A program made the position numbers and the translations under genes. Source: Betaproteobacteria bacterium (GTDB lineage Bacteria > Acidobacteriota > Vicinamibacteria > Vicinamibacterales > CAVVIG01). Taken from it: a stretch of DNA of 64,000 nucleotides. Below are positions 11,401 through 20,000 of the stretch, in pieces. Below the pieces are notes generated by a model that ran no database searches, was not told the origin of the DNA, and was given only the letters and a program-made list of their open reading frames with translations. How positions within the stretch are numbered: the first letter of the stretch is position 1; each line of letters starts with the position of its first letter. The stretch spans positions 241-64,240 of the forward strand of contig JBLMXQ010000028.1 in the NCBI GenBank assembly GCA_050257855.1. Direction: 5' to 3'.

Positions 11401-14400
11401 CCAGACGAAGTGCTCGAACCCCGTCATCGTCATCGCGGGCGTCGAGCTCGACTCGATCGATCTCTCGCCGGAATCGCTGCTCACCGGCGCGCTGCAGGGC
11501 GCCACTGCGGCGGCGAACCTCGCGAAGAACAACCTGACGAAGAAGATCAAGGACGTCGAGATCAATCCGCCCATGATCCTGGCGGCCGACGACAACGCCG
11601 TTGCACTCGACAAGGGCGTGGTGTCGCTCGACAACGTCCAGTTCCAGTTTTTCGGCGGGCCGTGGAAGCTGGGGCTCAAGGACCTGTACGACGCCGTCGG
11701 AAACGTGCTGACGGACCTGGGCCCCGAGACGGCGCCGGAACAGATCGTTCTGAAGCTGGTCGAGGTCGGGGTCGGGCAGTGCGCCGCCGGCCTCCTCGAC
11801 TACGCGCCCGAGGACGCAGCGGTCGCCGCGATGTCCCCGACCGGGATCCCCTGTGTGGAGAACGTCGTCCAGGCCGGGGCACCCGGCCTGACTCACATCA
11901 CCGGCACGCTCGACCTCACGAGCCTCGACCTCGGCAAGAAGTCGGACGACGTCACGGTCTTCGTGCTGCCCTCGCTGGAGAGCGCGCAGATCGAGCCGGC
12001 AACGACCGTCATCCCGGATCTCGCCACCAAGGCGTCGATCCGCACGTTCGCCCGGATGAAGCTGGCGCAGGCCGCGCACTTCCACATGCCGGACAAGTAC
12101 CGGACGTTCACCGAGTTCGTGGACAAGGTCCTGCCGGGCAAGTGGAAGACGATCGGAACGAACGGAATCGACTACACCTTCGACGGCGGATACCGAGTCT
12201 CCTTCAAGTTCCAGTTGTCGCTGGACGACGCAGGCAAGAAGATCGATTTCAGCGACGTCGAGATCGGCTTCCACACGCCGAACGTCTTCAACAGCTACGA
12301 CGTCGGCCAGCCGGTAACCGCAGTCGGATCGGGCAGCGGCGCGGACCACGATTCGATCGCACGGGTCAGCTCGCCGGGATCATTCGAAGCTACCGAGAAG
12401 GTCGAGGCCGTCGGCGCCGCGGGAACGACCTTCGTGGGCAACAAGGTCAGCATGCCCCTGATGGGCGACGCGCGGGCGACCGGCAAGATCGTCGTCTGCT
12501 CGGACCCGGCCGGCTGCGAACAGCCGCAGCTCACGCCCCGGATCGTCTTCTCGCAGGTCGGCGCGAACTGTTCCAGGCAGCTGCGCGTCCAGGCCGTCGC
12601 GGCCGACGGCACGGCCCGCGACGTCACCGGCGATCCGGATACGCAGTACTTCTCGCTGCAGGGCGAGATCGACAAAGGGACGATCACGGTCGCCGGCGTC
12701 TCGATCCCGGCGCTCCAGACGGCGGTCGATGCCGCCGTGAACGCGATCAAGCAGAAGCTGTCGGCGAACGGCATCACGGTGCCGTTCGCGCACGGTCGCG
12801 TGAGCATCTCGCCAACCGGCGCGCTGACCGTGAACGCTCCGGGTCTCGAGCTGGTGTGGGCGACGTACAAGGGCAAGTTCGCCAGCTTCTCCGTGGTTCT
12901 GGCGGGGCTCAAGCTGGGCAAGCTGTCCCTCGAGCCCCTGTCGCTCGCGACCGCTCCGCTGCAGACCGACCCGGGCGAGGCACTCTTCGAGAAGGTCGCC
13001 AAGGCGGTCGGCGCCGACGGCGATCCGCCGATGATCCTGGTCAACTCCGACCCGGGCGTGCCCTTTTCGTTCCTGAATCGGCAGGGGCTCGTGCGTCTGC
13101 ACGACCTGACGTTCAACGTGCTGGGAGCGAGTATCGGCGTGCGCGATCTGATCGGCGCGCTCAAGGACTTCATTGCACCGGAGGTGGCCGCGGTCGCGAA
13201 GGAAGAGAACGACCCCAACCCGCAGGATCCCGCTCCCCCGACGTTGCTGACCGCCATGTTCAAGCTCGCGGAGTTCTCCGTCGAGGAGGCGGCCGCGCAG
13301 CTGCTCGACTTCGAGGTCGACGACGGCAAGGACGTCGTCGACCTCACGGCGGAACTGCCGAAGGGCGTCGTCACCGCCAAGAAGCCCGGCGTCGCGACGA
13401 TCAAGGCCTCGCTCGCGCTGGGCGACGACGCCTGCGGCCTCGGCAAGGCGACGGGCGAGATGATGGTCTGGGTGCTCCCCGGTCTCCAGTCGCTCGCCCT
13501 CGAGCCGCCGCATGTCGTCATGTGCGCGAACACCGCGGATCCGGGCGCCACGATCAGGTCGATCGTCTGCTCCCAGCCCCTGCCGCCCGCGACGCTGCAG
13601 TTGCCGAGCGAGTTCACGACGGTCGGCGAGTTCGCCGATCACGTGCTGCCGCAGAGCCTGCAGCCCCCCATACCCGGCCAGGCAAACATCGATCACACGT
13701 TCCGGGACGGCGATTTCGAGCTTCGCGTGAGAGCGACAGTGACGGTCAACTTCAGCGACATCACGCTGTCGAATCTCCAGATCTGCTTCACGGTCCCGAA
13801 CGGGCTGGACGGCGCGCCAGGCGTTCCTCCGTTCATCACGAACGCCTACAACTTCGACGATCCGTCCGTTGCCTTTCTGAACGGCGCGTCAGCGTTTTCT
13901 GCCTTCGTGAAGGATCTCGGTCAGCCCGGGGAAACGGAAATCGATAACACCGTGGAGGTTGCGACGATTGCCAGCCTTGCGGCGGCGGGCACGGTGACCG
14001 TGGTGAACTGCCCGCCCGGGTCGCCGGTCATCGTGGTCGACAAGGCGCTCGACGCCACCGGGCCGGGCGTCGTCGCCGGGCCAAACGGTCCGGTCGTGTC
14101 GCCCGGCGCGACCGTGCATTACATCGTCCGCGTCGGCAACGTCGGAACGCAGGAGATCGACAACCTTCAGGTGAGCGAAGCCGCAACGCTGACCGATGCG
14201 AACGGCGCGCCGCTTCCCGACCAGCCCCAGATCGTCAGCTGTACGACCGCGTCGGCTCCCCAGCAGTCGAGCTGCTTCGTGCCGGCGCTGCAGCCCAACG
14301 AGTTCGTCGAGTTCGACGTGCTCGTGTCGGTCCCGCAGACCGCGACGGGCGCGGTGCTGACGAACACGGCTTCAGCCGGCGGCTCGACCGCGCAGGTGTC

Positions 14401-17089
14401 GACGCCGACGGCAAGCCCGACGATCACGGTGACCAAGCTGCTCATCGACCCCGGGCCGAGCGGCGCGCCCGACTCGACGATCGACCCGACGGGGGCGCCG
14501 GTGCTCAAGCCCGGCGAGCAGGTCAGATATCGAATCGAAGTCCGGAACGTCGGTACCGCCGACGAACAGAACATTGCCCTCTCGGATCTGACGACCCAGG
14601 TGAACGCGTCCGCCCAGCCGACCACGCTGTTCCAGAAGCAGTATCCGCCATTCAACCTCGCCGCCGGCACGAGCACGCAGTTCGAGGAGACGGTCACCCT
14701 GCCGGCGGATTGCGGCAGCGGCCAGACGATCCGGAACGTCGCGACCACCGCCGGCAACCTGGCCACCGTCACCAATCTCCTCAGATGCTCGCCGCAGCTG
14801 TCCATCGTCAAGACGCTGGTCGATCCGCCGGTCGCCGACGGCGTCGCCATCGCGGGCACGACAGGCCCGCTGCAGCAGGTCCGCTACCGCATCGAGGTCA
14901 GCAACAGCGGGACTGCCGAGGCGTCGAACGTCACCGTGACCGACGATCCGCGCCTCGAAAAGAGCGGCCAGCCGCCGATTTCCCTGGCGCCGCCAGGGAC
15001 GGTTCCAGGCTGCGCGCTCGGCACGATTCCGCCCGGCGGCTCGGCGCAATGCGAGCTCGTCTTCGCGTTCGGCACGGAGGCGAACGGCACCAACCTCGTC
15101 AACACGGCGACGGTCGCCGCTCCGGCAGGCGGACCGTCAGCGACGACCACGAATCCTGTGATCGCGCCGACCCTGGTGATCAAGAAGGAGATCATCGCGC
15201 CGGCGCCGGATCCGCAGACCGGCCACTCGACGGTGCTCGCCGGCACGACCATCACCTATCGCGTCAGGGTCACGAACAAGGGCATCGCGGCGGCGACCAA
15301 CGTCGTGCTGAACGATCAGCCGTTCATCTCGGACGTGAGCGGCCAGGTCACGCCGCTCACGAACTCCCTGTTCACGTTCCCGGCGATCGACCCGAACCAG
15401 ACGATCGAGGAGCCGGTCGCCGTGGCGGTGCCGCTCGGGTTCGGCGGCGGAGAGCTCCTGAACCACGCCGAGATCACGAACGTGCCCGGAGTCAACCCCG
15501 TCGAGGTCGTGAGCGATGTCGTCCAGCCGCAGCTGGTCGTCGAGAAGCACCTCGTCGATCCGCCCGGGGACCTGTCGCGCGTGGTCCGCGGCTCGACGGT
15601 GACCTATGCCGTGACGGTGACGAACACGGGCACCGCGATCGCCCCGGGAGTCGCCGGCACGGACACGGCGTCGATAGACGGAAGGATATTCGCCGGGCCT
15701 TCCCCGCTCGCGTTCGGAGACATCGCCGCGGGACAGTCGGTGACCAAAACGGTCGTCCTGAGAGTGCCCACGCTCGGCGCGATCGTTCAGCCCTGCCCGC
15801 CTGGCATCCCGTGCTCCGTCACGACGCCGCGAATGACGAACATCGCCGAGATTCCCGGCACGGCCGCGGTGACCACGAACGACGTCGTCAATCCGAAGCT
15901 GCGCGTCACCGAAGCCCTCGTCGATCCGCCGCCGGTCGCGAATCAGCCGACCGCGGTGCCCGGCGGATCGGTTGCGACGTACAGCATCACGGTCGAGAAC
16001 ACCGATACCATCGCCGCGGAGGCCGTCCTGCTCGCCGACAAGGCGCGGGTGGGCGCCGTCACCCTGTTCGACCGCACGTTCCAGCTCGGAACGCTGCAGC
16101 CGGGCGACCGACGCGTCCAGCTCGTCCGCGTCGAGGTTCCCGTCGGCTTCGACGGCGCATCGCTCGTCAACGACGCGACCGTCGACTACCTGCAGGAAGC
16201 GGCCGCCACGACGAGCAACACGATCGCCGATCCGACCGTCGTCCTCGACAGGCAACTGCTGGACGGCCCCGGCGTGATCGACGTCGCGGGTCAGCCGCCA
16301 ATCGTGGTTAGTGGCTCGACGGTCTCGTACGAGGTCACGGCACGCAACATCGGCACGACGACCTTGAGCGGCATCACGTTGACGGATGCGCCCAGCGTGC
16401 AGGTGCGAGCCGCCGACGGAACGGCGACGGAAACCGCGCTGCCCGTCGCGACGGCAGCGATCGCGACGCTGCTGCCGGGCCAGACGTTCACCACGACGAT
16501 TGCCGTGGCTGTGCCTCCCTCCGGCAGCGGCGGGTTCCTGCTCAACCGGCTGACGGCGAACGTGCCCGGGAGCGGCACGCTGACAACCGAGGACGGCATC
16601 GTCGACCCGGGACCGGCGGGCCCGATCGTCACCGAGATGGTGCTGGCGCCCCGGCAGGATTGGAGCGACAGCGCCGGCGGCAACAACCGTCCGTTCGACA
16701 GCACGCCGGGAAACGGCCTCGTCGATGCGGGCGATCTCTGGATCGAGGTGCTGAACCCGACGACGGCCACTCAGAACTGGCAGGTCCGGATCACCGACGC
16801 GACGGGCGCGACATTCAGCAAGACGCTCGGACCGCCGGATGCGAGCTCCACGGTGCGCCTGCTGACCGGCTTCGGCGCGGTCACGCTACCCGTTGCGAGC
16901 GTCGATGTCCTCGACGATCAAGGCGTCGTGCAGAAGCACTTCGATGTCGCTGCCATGGAGCGACAACTCGGGCGGGCGACCGGACCGGACGACGAATCGC
17001 TTGCTTGGTCGGTCCTCGGGCTGCCGTCGCCCGATACCCAGCAGTTCGTGAGAGGCAGGGCGACCATCGGGGTGTTCTCGCCGTTCTAG
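5123..17089 (+). CDS. giant multidomain exoprotein (3988 aa) with an embedded subtilisin-like S8 peptidase domain, Ig-like domains, beta-propeller blades, two ~480-aa modules of unknown family, a DUF11-type repeat array and a lamin-tail-like C-terminus
   Basis: Uninterrupted 11,967-nt ORF from GTG 5123 (first ATG 5132) to TAG 17087-17089, in the same frame as the upstream ORF. S8 motifs: VGVIDTGF (Asp865), GHGTEVTGIIAA (His909), AAAGNDG, GTSFAAPIVTA (Ser1120). Also Big_2-like (..AVATVNASGLVLANAGGHAIVTV.., ..NPSVATVDAAGNVVAVGEGTALITV..), PPC-like (GGDIEPNDTVAGAIPL..), IPT/TIG-like (..VSPLSGGPGTPVAIVGTGF..) and DUF11-like units (..VRYRIEVRNVGTA.., ..ITYRVRVTNKGIA.., ..VTYAVTVTNTGTA..). No N-terminal signal peptide and no obvious Shine-Dalgarno. 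Confidence 0.9.
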   Translation: MPAMGDPVLLSVVHFTSETTSVALDANERIAYVGLGARGVALVDLDGPASVQPIDLDHDGVDDRILGVIDTPGSAGRLALALDRGLAFVADASAGLTAIQLLPPRTSFTSLERDPIAGRTGDEQSILTSGVAFTSDQAIEVSVNVAASSRDRLVLRIDERPDPTGTPRLSFADGALSTPLEPGLNAFSMPIEPAAAAGGSTVALVVQTVAGATVARQTFRLAPFDASTAAIRSLVVAPDAVSLDLNQQFAQLSIAGVLDDGTTINLTGEPATRFAISSDAVATVNASGLVLANAGGHAIVTVTHGGLAAEVPVSVDLLAAVVGFETTEPFVTLTSAGDRKPLSIDVKLSDGGLEPFSSGLGTFETSNPSVATVDAAGNVVAVGEGTALITVRSGNAVAEVHVAVEFRTPPVVSSIALAAPATVPSDSGQATLSARVTGTGSLEGLAVTFALQGQTGASSTAQTDYDGIAAGILRGLHAPGTFTVQASVVNPADGTTLSAAATVTVERAGGDIEPNDTVAGAIPLAPDTPVSGNLGPGDLVDVYATTSSTPGTLTAALTLPVDADPASLRVVFLAADGSELARTTPSSHRQNFRQDVAAGSAFVAVESTGPSAAYQLETRMLQGPIGIASVSPLSGGPGTPVAIVGTGFSLDPTETRVLFNGALAKVVSATPTRIDAVVPANAIDGPVRVVSAAMAADGPVFTAGATSRPPITLASTRSENLRFDPVAHLLVDATRLLIFADPVVDRTQIEALVGGLGGTIIGATPALNAYYVEFAANQTIAGLAAIRRQLAQSPLVLHVLRDTFATPAGQAIDLRDKAGVWPGTDLPRALAFDLSKIFEAVDLIRSTRPFTDSTKLAPVHVGVIDTGFMPFKASEFQAQGQTVVTLFRSAANVGPFSSGNLGLIDPVGHGTEVTGIIAATNDGVGASGALNDLFRPGEAPFQVLVYGVADPLSGRLSSAQIFAALAALAARGDVDAVNMSFETKYTGQTPEFTDDSQAFLDAFALFGGRTALVAAAGNDGVDAQFVVPAALSKRTAAVITVGAVAVANLDGSGEGADARAIFNDTGGDVENGDVPCRAGTATLESNCGSVVTLAAAGEDIFTTSTFAPGYLDGAVAAGTSFAAPIVTAIVGMLQAIRTAGAQPLTAAFIRDLLVSSADDISATWGAGPMRRLDALNAVRAVLPPSGTQMIYVADQDAVNDNGLPPGRIIGIDVDPKTGQPILPPNHKVIPLTFTKNGITFTGARPTALAISPSGEKFYAVVRSVAPDLGDGVLVVNTLSNEAEDFIPFSGVAFAAPAGGAPPGSGAPVLLSNLRPGMVFSKDGRLLYVAVGTGIAIVNTTEEKLVRSFADLPAAFKTLAAGQLPDLAWRQSAVAVAVAAGINTTQGHRPGVAINGLTLSPDGRTLFAVVSTGGGGGTQPGGVIPIDVDLYKDARPDVAGLQSDLSGYFTPIGTTGVVPMSSAGDTAGGDEPGAAAVSGNGKHLYLVNGGLDFFEAIPPADLDLAKYGILLAGPAAISFGGSGLAGLLATIGGFGSLESSLYAQLLADIKAQASSGVTFIGAPGFSGVFDLQPGTAQAPPSLTQSWLFPSEVSFGWNPNVAGQALVVNQFHIKGVFARRPFDIAMRPDGRRAVVPFFQTGNVGILDLERQAQFLSPPGATPKPAFSGVAPDLFQGVVAVTPALALDNQLWPQRGAFKIAGTPNYVPSPDESLLFTWDAEYAQNGRFSVASHAGNGDPRTVTAPIPDFVTNTDNRFRLTELGATFNGNSVSWVEHGQTISGSIGDTVSLQRGGGAISITSDAAIDADFNAHIGSTTVDQDNQVRPYYSGLPVAGAVTNLDVYTPGTATPVAFHRPRGIAIQPFVGIEVPRFGDHVTAHEPVGVVWRDARVQRVRFELGDPDAQDSFGQAATLNTFSEVLSDEAARERAFDLTFGALFAPGTQAAQGKRYRITAEILDGSSDEISRTSIDVTFDDAQKPIDTTTNADKLQLTPRLNFFVTAPTSGPGKPLKLVLIPADGGPPQDVTAQATFQTIDHGLLKTDIPGFGTMEDAIFSKLEANGVTVPFRIADVAVDNGSLKAISGGVQAVEGCITVGAQTKCSNPVIVIAGVELDSIDLSPESLLTGALQGATAAANLAKNNLTKKIKDVEINPPMILAADDNAVALDKGVVSLDNVQFQFFGGPWKLGLKDLYDAVGNVLTDLGPETAPEQIVLKLVEVGVGQCAAGLLDYAPEDAAVAAMSPTGIPCVENVVQAGAPGLTHITGTLDLTSLDLGKKSDDVTVFVLPSLESAQIEPATTVIPDLATKASIRTFARMKLAQAAHFHMPDKYRTFTEFVDKVLPGKWKTIGTNGIDYTFDGGYRVSFKFQLSLDDAGKKIDFSDVEIGFHTPNVFNSYDVGQPVTAVGSGSGADHDSIARVSSPGSFEATEKVEAVGAAGTTFVGNKVSMPLMGDARATGKIVVCSDPAGCEQPQLTPRIVFSQVGANCSRQLRVQAVAADGTARDVTGDPDTQYFSLQGEIDKGTITVAGVSIPALQTAVDAAVNAIKQKLSANGITVPFAHGRVSISPTGALTVNAPGLELVWATYKGKFASFSVVLAGLKLGKLSLEPLSLATAPLQTDPGEALFEKVAKAVGADGDPPMILVNSDPGVPFSFLNRQGLVRLHDLTFNVLGASIGVRDLIGALKDFIAPEVAAVAKEENDPNPQDPAPPTLLTAMFKLAEFSVEEAAAQLLDFEVDDGKDVVDLTAELPKGVVTAKKPGVATIKASLALGDDACGLGKATGEMMVWVLPGLQSLALEPPHVVMCANTADPGATIRSIVCSQPLPPATLQLPSEFTTVGEFADHVLPQSLQPPIPGQANIDHTFRDGDFELRVRATVTVNFSDITLSNLQICFTVPNGLDGAPGVPPFITNAYNFDDPSVAFLNGASAFSAFVKDLGQPGETEIDNTVEVATIASLAAAGTVTVVNCPPGSPVIVVDKALDATGPGVVAGPNGPVVSPGATVHYIVRVGNVGTQEIDNLQVSEAATLTDANGAPLPDQPQIVSCTTASAPQQSSCFVPALQPNEFVEFDVLVSVPQTATGAVLTNTASAGGSTAQVSTPTASPTITVTKLLIDPGPSGAPDSTIDPTGAPVLKPGEQVRYRIEVRNVGTADEQNIALSDLTTQVNASAQPTTLFQKQYPPFNLAAGTSTQFEETVTLPADCGSGQTIRNVATTAGNLATVTNLLRCSPQLSIVKTLVDPPVADGVAIAGTTGPLQQVRYRIEVSNSGTAEASNVTVTDDPRLEKSGQPPISLAPPGTVPGCALGTIPPGGSAQCELVFAFGTEANGTNLVNTATVAAPAGGPSATTTNPVIAPTLVIKKEIIAPAPDPQTGHSTVLAGTTITYRVRVTNKGIAAATNVVLNDQPFISDVSGQVTPLTNSLFTFPAIDPNQTIEEPVAVAVPLGFGGGELLNHAEITNVPGVNPVEVVSDVVQPQLVVEKHLVDPPGDLSRVVRGSTVTYAVTVTNTGTAIAPGVAGTDTASIDGRIFAGPSPLAFGDIAAGQSVTKTVVLRVPTLGAIVQPCPPGIPCSVTTPRMTNIAEIPGTAAVTTNDVVNPKLRVTEALVDPPPVANQPTAVPGGSVATYSITVENTDTIAAEAVLLADKARVGAVTLFDRTFQLGTLQPGDRRVQLVRVEVPVGFDGASLVNDATVDYLQEAAATTSNTIADPTVVLDRQLLDGPGVIDVAGQPPIVVSGSTVSYEVTARNIGTTTLSGITLTDAPSVQVRAADGTATETALPVATAAIATLLPGQTFTTTIAVAVPPSGSGGFLLNRLTANVPGSGTLTTEDGIVDPGPAGPIVTEMVLAPRQDWSDSAGGNNRPFDSTPGNGLVDAGDLWIEVLNPTTATQNWQVRITDATGATFSKTLGPPDASSTVRLLTGFGAVTLPVASVDVLDDQGVVQKHFDVAAMERQLGRATGPDDESLAWSVLGLPSPDTQQFVRGRATIGVFSPF
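7690..8650 (+). other. subtilisin-like (MEROPS S8) peptidase domain inside the 3988-aa ORF; bounds approximate
   Basis: Catalytic codons located in frame: Asp gac 7715-7717 (VGVIDTGF), His cac 7847-7849 (GHGTEVTG), Ser tcg 8480-8482 (GTSFAAP), plus the oxyanion Asn context AAAGNDG. The order D-H-N-S is as in subtilases. Confidence 0.8.
8687..10060 (+). other. YVTN/lactonase-like beta-propeller blades downstream of the S8 domain; bounds approximate
   Basis: Recurrent blade signatures: LAISPSGEKFYAVV, MVFSKDGRLLYVAV, LTLSPDGRTLFAVV, AAVSGNGKHLYLVN, IAMRPDGRRAVVPF. Confidence 0.5.
11081..14005 (+). other. two tandem ~480-490-aa modules of unrecognised family (protein-level duplication): module A about 11081-12526, module B about 12527-14005
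   Basis: Collinear landmarks shared by the two halves: QLTPRLNFF/QLTPRIVFS; ANGVTVPF/ANGITVPF; NPPMIL/DPPMIL; VFVLPSLES/VWVLPGLQS; TEFVDKVLP/GEFADHVLP; IDYTFDGG/IDHTFRDG; IDFSDVEIGF/VNFSDITLSN. I recognise no known domain signature. Confidence 0.6.
14030..16620 (+). other. array of about seven DUF11-type (conserved repeat domain) units, followed by a lamin-tail-like C-terminal domain (16625-17086); bounds approximate
   Basis: Each unit carries a [LIV]x[VI]xKxx(x)DP.. start and a ..G(S/T/E)xVxYx[IV]xVxNxG(T/I)A.. core (seven read by eye). The C-terminus IVTEMVLAPRQDW..GDLWIEVLNPTTATQNWQVRITDATG resembles LTD domains. Confidence 0.6.
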
Positions 17090-17096
17090 TGCTCGA

Positions 17097-20000
17097 ATGA
17101 TGCGCAAACCGGGGTGGATCGGCGCGGCCGCAGCCAGTTTCGTCGTTGCGTCCTCCGTGTGTCTCGAGGCGCAGCAGGCGCCCCTGCCGCCGCTGACCCG
17201 CCTCCGGTTCGACATCATCGGCGTCCGCCTGGTCGTCGATCCGCCCGCGCTCACGGTCCCGAAGAACCTCGCGACCCAGATCAACACCTCGCTGGTCCTG
17301 CCGCCCGGGATCGGAGACGAGGCGCGCGACGCCATCCTGGCGCTGACCGACGGCGCGCAGGTCGAAGCGGAGCTGCGCGGACCCTCCCTGCCCCCGACGC
17401 GCATCGCGGTCGTGCCCGGCAAGCCGATTCCGATTCCGCCGCTCGCGATCCCGGGCGACTACTTCCTCGACGGCATCCGCCTCGAGAAAGGCGGACAGAC
17501 GGTGCTCGACGCAACGACGTCCGACGGCCGGCCGGCCTCCACGATCCCGATTCGCGTCATCAACGAGGTCCTCGTCGCTTCGGTCACGTCGAAGCCGCTC
17601 TCGCTCGACGACATCCGCAGCAAGGGCATCGTCATCGACGAGAAGAACTTCAGCGCGGTCAACTTCCAGGTGGCGTTCAATATCGACGGCAAGCCGTTCA
17701 CGATCAACGCGCCGGCCGTGCTGCCGACGCCCGAGCTGCTGAAGACCGCTCCCGACCGCCAGGTGCTGGTGCAGCAGATCTCGGCGATGAACCGCACGCT
17801 CTCCGCCGCGCTGACGACACTGCCGCCCGAGTTCGATCGGCCGGGCCTGAACTTCTCGATCGCCGCCCTGCCCTTCTTCCCGGTGGACGACGCCGGGTCC
17901 GATCCCGGCTTTACGACGCCGCCGATCACCGGCCTGATCGTCATCCCCGGCAACGTCGCCTTCCTGAACCAGTTCTTCTCGGCCATGCTGCTGGTCGCCA
18001 ACGTCGCGCCCGATGGCACGCCGCTCGTCCTGCAGGACGTCTCGGGCACCGTCACGCTGCCGACCGGCGCCGACCACGTCGCCGGCACGTTCGACCAGCC
18101 GGGCGACGACCCGCTGCGCCTGGCCCGAGTCGACGGCGCCGGCGTCCAGCCGACCGTTCCGGTGGCCCAGCGCGGCCCCGACGGCAAGCTCGGGACCGCC
18201 GACGACGTCTTCGTGATCCCGCCGCAGAAACAGGGCGAGGGCGAGTTCCTCATCGAGGGCCTGAAAGAGGGCTCGAGCCAGTTCGACATCGCCATCACGG
18301 CGACGCTGGTCGGCCTCCCCTCCGGCCCGGTGGTCCTGCAGGGACAGGCGGCCGGCGCGGTATTCGTGCGCAACCCGACGTTTGCCGTGACCCTCGCCCA
18401 CCCGCGGCGCGTCCTGAGCGGCGAGCCGTACTCGGTCTACGCCACCGTGACGAACACGTCGAAGACACCGGCCAATCTGGTCAGCGTCAATCTGGACCCG
18501 CACTCCATCACGGGCGCACAGCTGCTGTCGGATCCGACGGTCACGTTCGACTCGATTCCGCCCGGACAGTCGGCCGTCGCGAAGTACTCCCTCAGGGCGC
18601 AGCTCACCGGCGAGGTGACGTTCGCGTCGTTCACCGGCGACGCGGCGCTCGGCGGCGGCATCCGCCTGGAAACGGGCGTCGACGAGCGCGGCGTCGCCCT
18701 GTCGGCCAACGCCATCGTCCTGCCGCAATCGACCGATGCGCTGCCCGCGTCTCTCGTCGCCGCGGCGCAGCGCGTGCTCGGACAGGCGTTCAGCGTCGCG
18801 ACCGCGCCGGCCGAAGCGCTCCCCGACGGCGTCCTGTTCGTCAAGCGGCAGACCGTCATCGATCGCGGCATCGAGCTCGCTGAGGCCGGCGAGCGGGTGC
18901 AGTTCGGCGAGCCGCTCTCCCGGGTCGTCCAGGATCTGCTCCTCGACTGGCTCGGAAACGCCAGCTTCGATGAAGGCTTCGATCAGATCCTCCGGGAGAC
19001 CGATGCCGGATCCGCGCTCCTGTCCGAGTTCGCCGCCATCGTCGCGCCGCAGGCGGTCGGAGGCCAGGCGCTCGACTACCAGCGCCAGTTCGCGCAGACC
19101 ACCGCCGCGCGCGACGGTCATCTGTCGGCGATTGGAGCGGCCGAAGGCGGCACGGCGGCACCGACGATGACCATCACCCGCGCCTCGGGCGGCGGCGTCG
19201 GGGAGGTGGAAGGCGTTCCGACCAGCTCGCTCGAATCCGGCGCACTTCTCGAGCTGTCGGCGAACAGCAGCGCCGCGAGCCTGGCAATCGTCGCGCGGCC
19301 GGAAACGGACCATTACACGATCGAGATCGACGCGCCCGCCAGCGGCCTCTACGACCTCGGGGTCGTGGTCCCGGTCGGCCCGGGCGATCTCCGCCAGTTC
19401 CGCTTCGCGGGGATCCCCCTCGACGCGGGCGGTCGCGCGCAGGTCGAAGTGGACGTGCCCGCGGGATCGGGCGCCACCCTGTCGATCGATCGCGACGGCA
19501 ACGGCGTGTCGGATGGAACGGCGGCCGCGGACCTCGTGGACGTTACCGCCGGACCGCCGCAGCTCGTCGCGGCGCGCCAGCTCGCCTCGTCTACTCTCGA
19601 TCCGGGCAGCGCCTCCGATCCCGCCACCTACGGTCTGCTCGTCGGCGCGCTGTTCGATGCGCCCGTCACCCAGGTATCGGCCGAGCTGAAGTCGAACTAC
19701 TCGATCGATTCCAATGCCGTGATCGGCACGCAGCTTCAGCACAACGGCCGGTTGGTCTACCTGTATCTGCAGAAGCCGATCGGAGGGCTCACGCCGCGCT
19801 CGTTGACCGTCAACGGGGTCGCCGACTCCCGGGGCAACGTGCTGCCGAACCAGACGCAGCCGATCGTCATGAGCCTGACCGACGGCGCGCACGTGTTCGG
19901 CCAGGTGCGCGACGCGGGCGGCGCGGGCGTGGGCGGCGGCATCCTCGAGCTGACCATCAGCTCCGTGAACGGATCATCGTTCAACGTGGCAGCCATCCGC

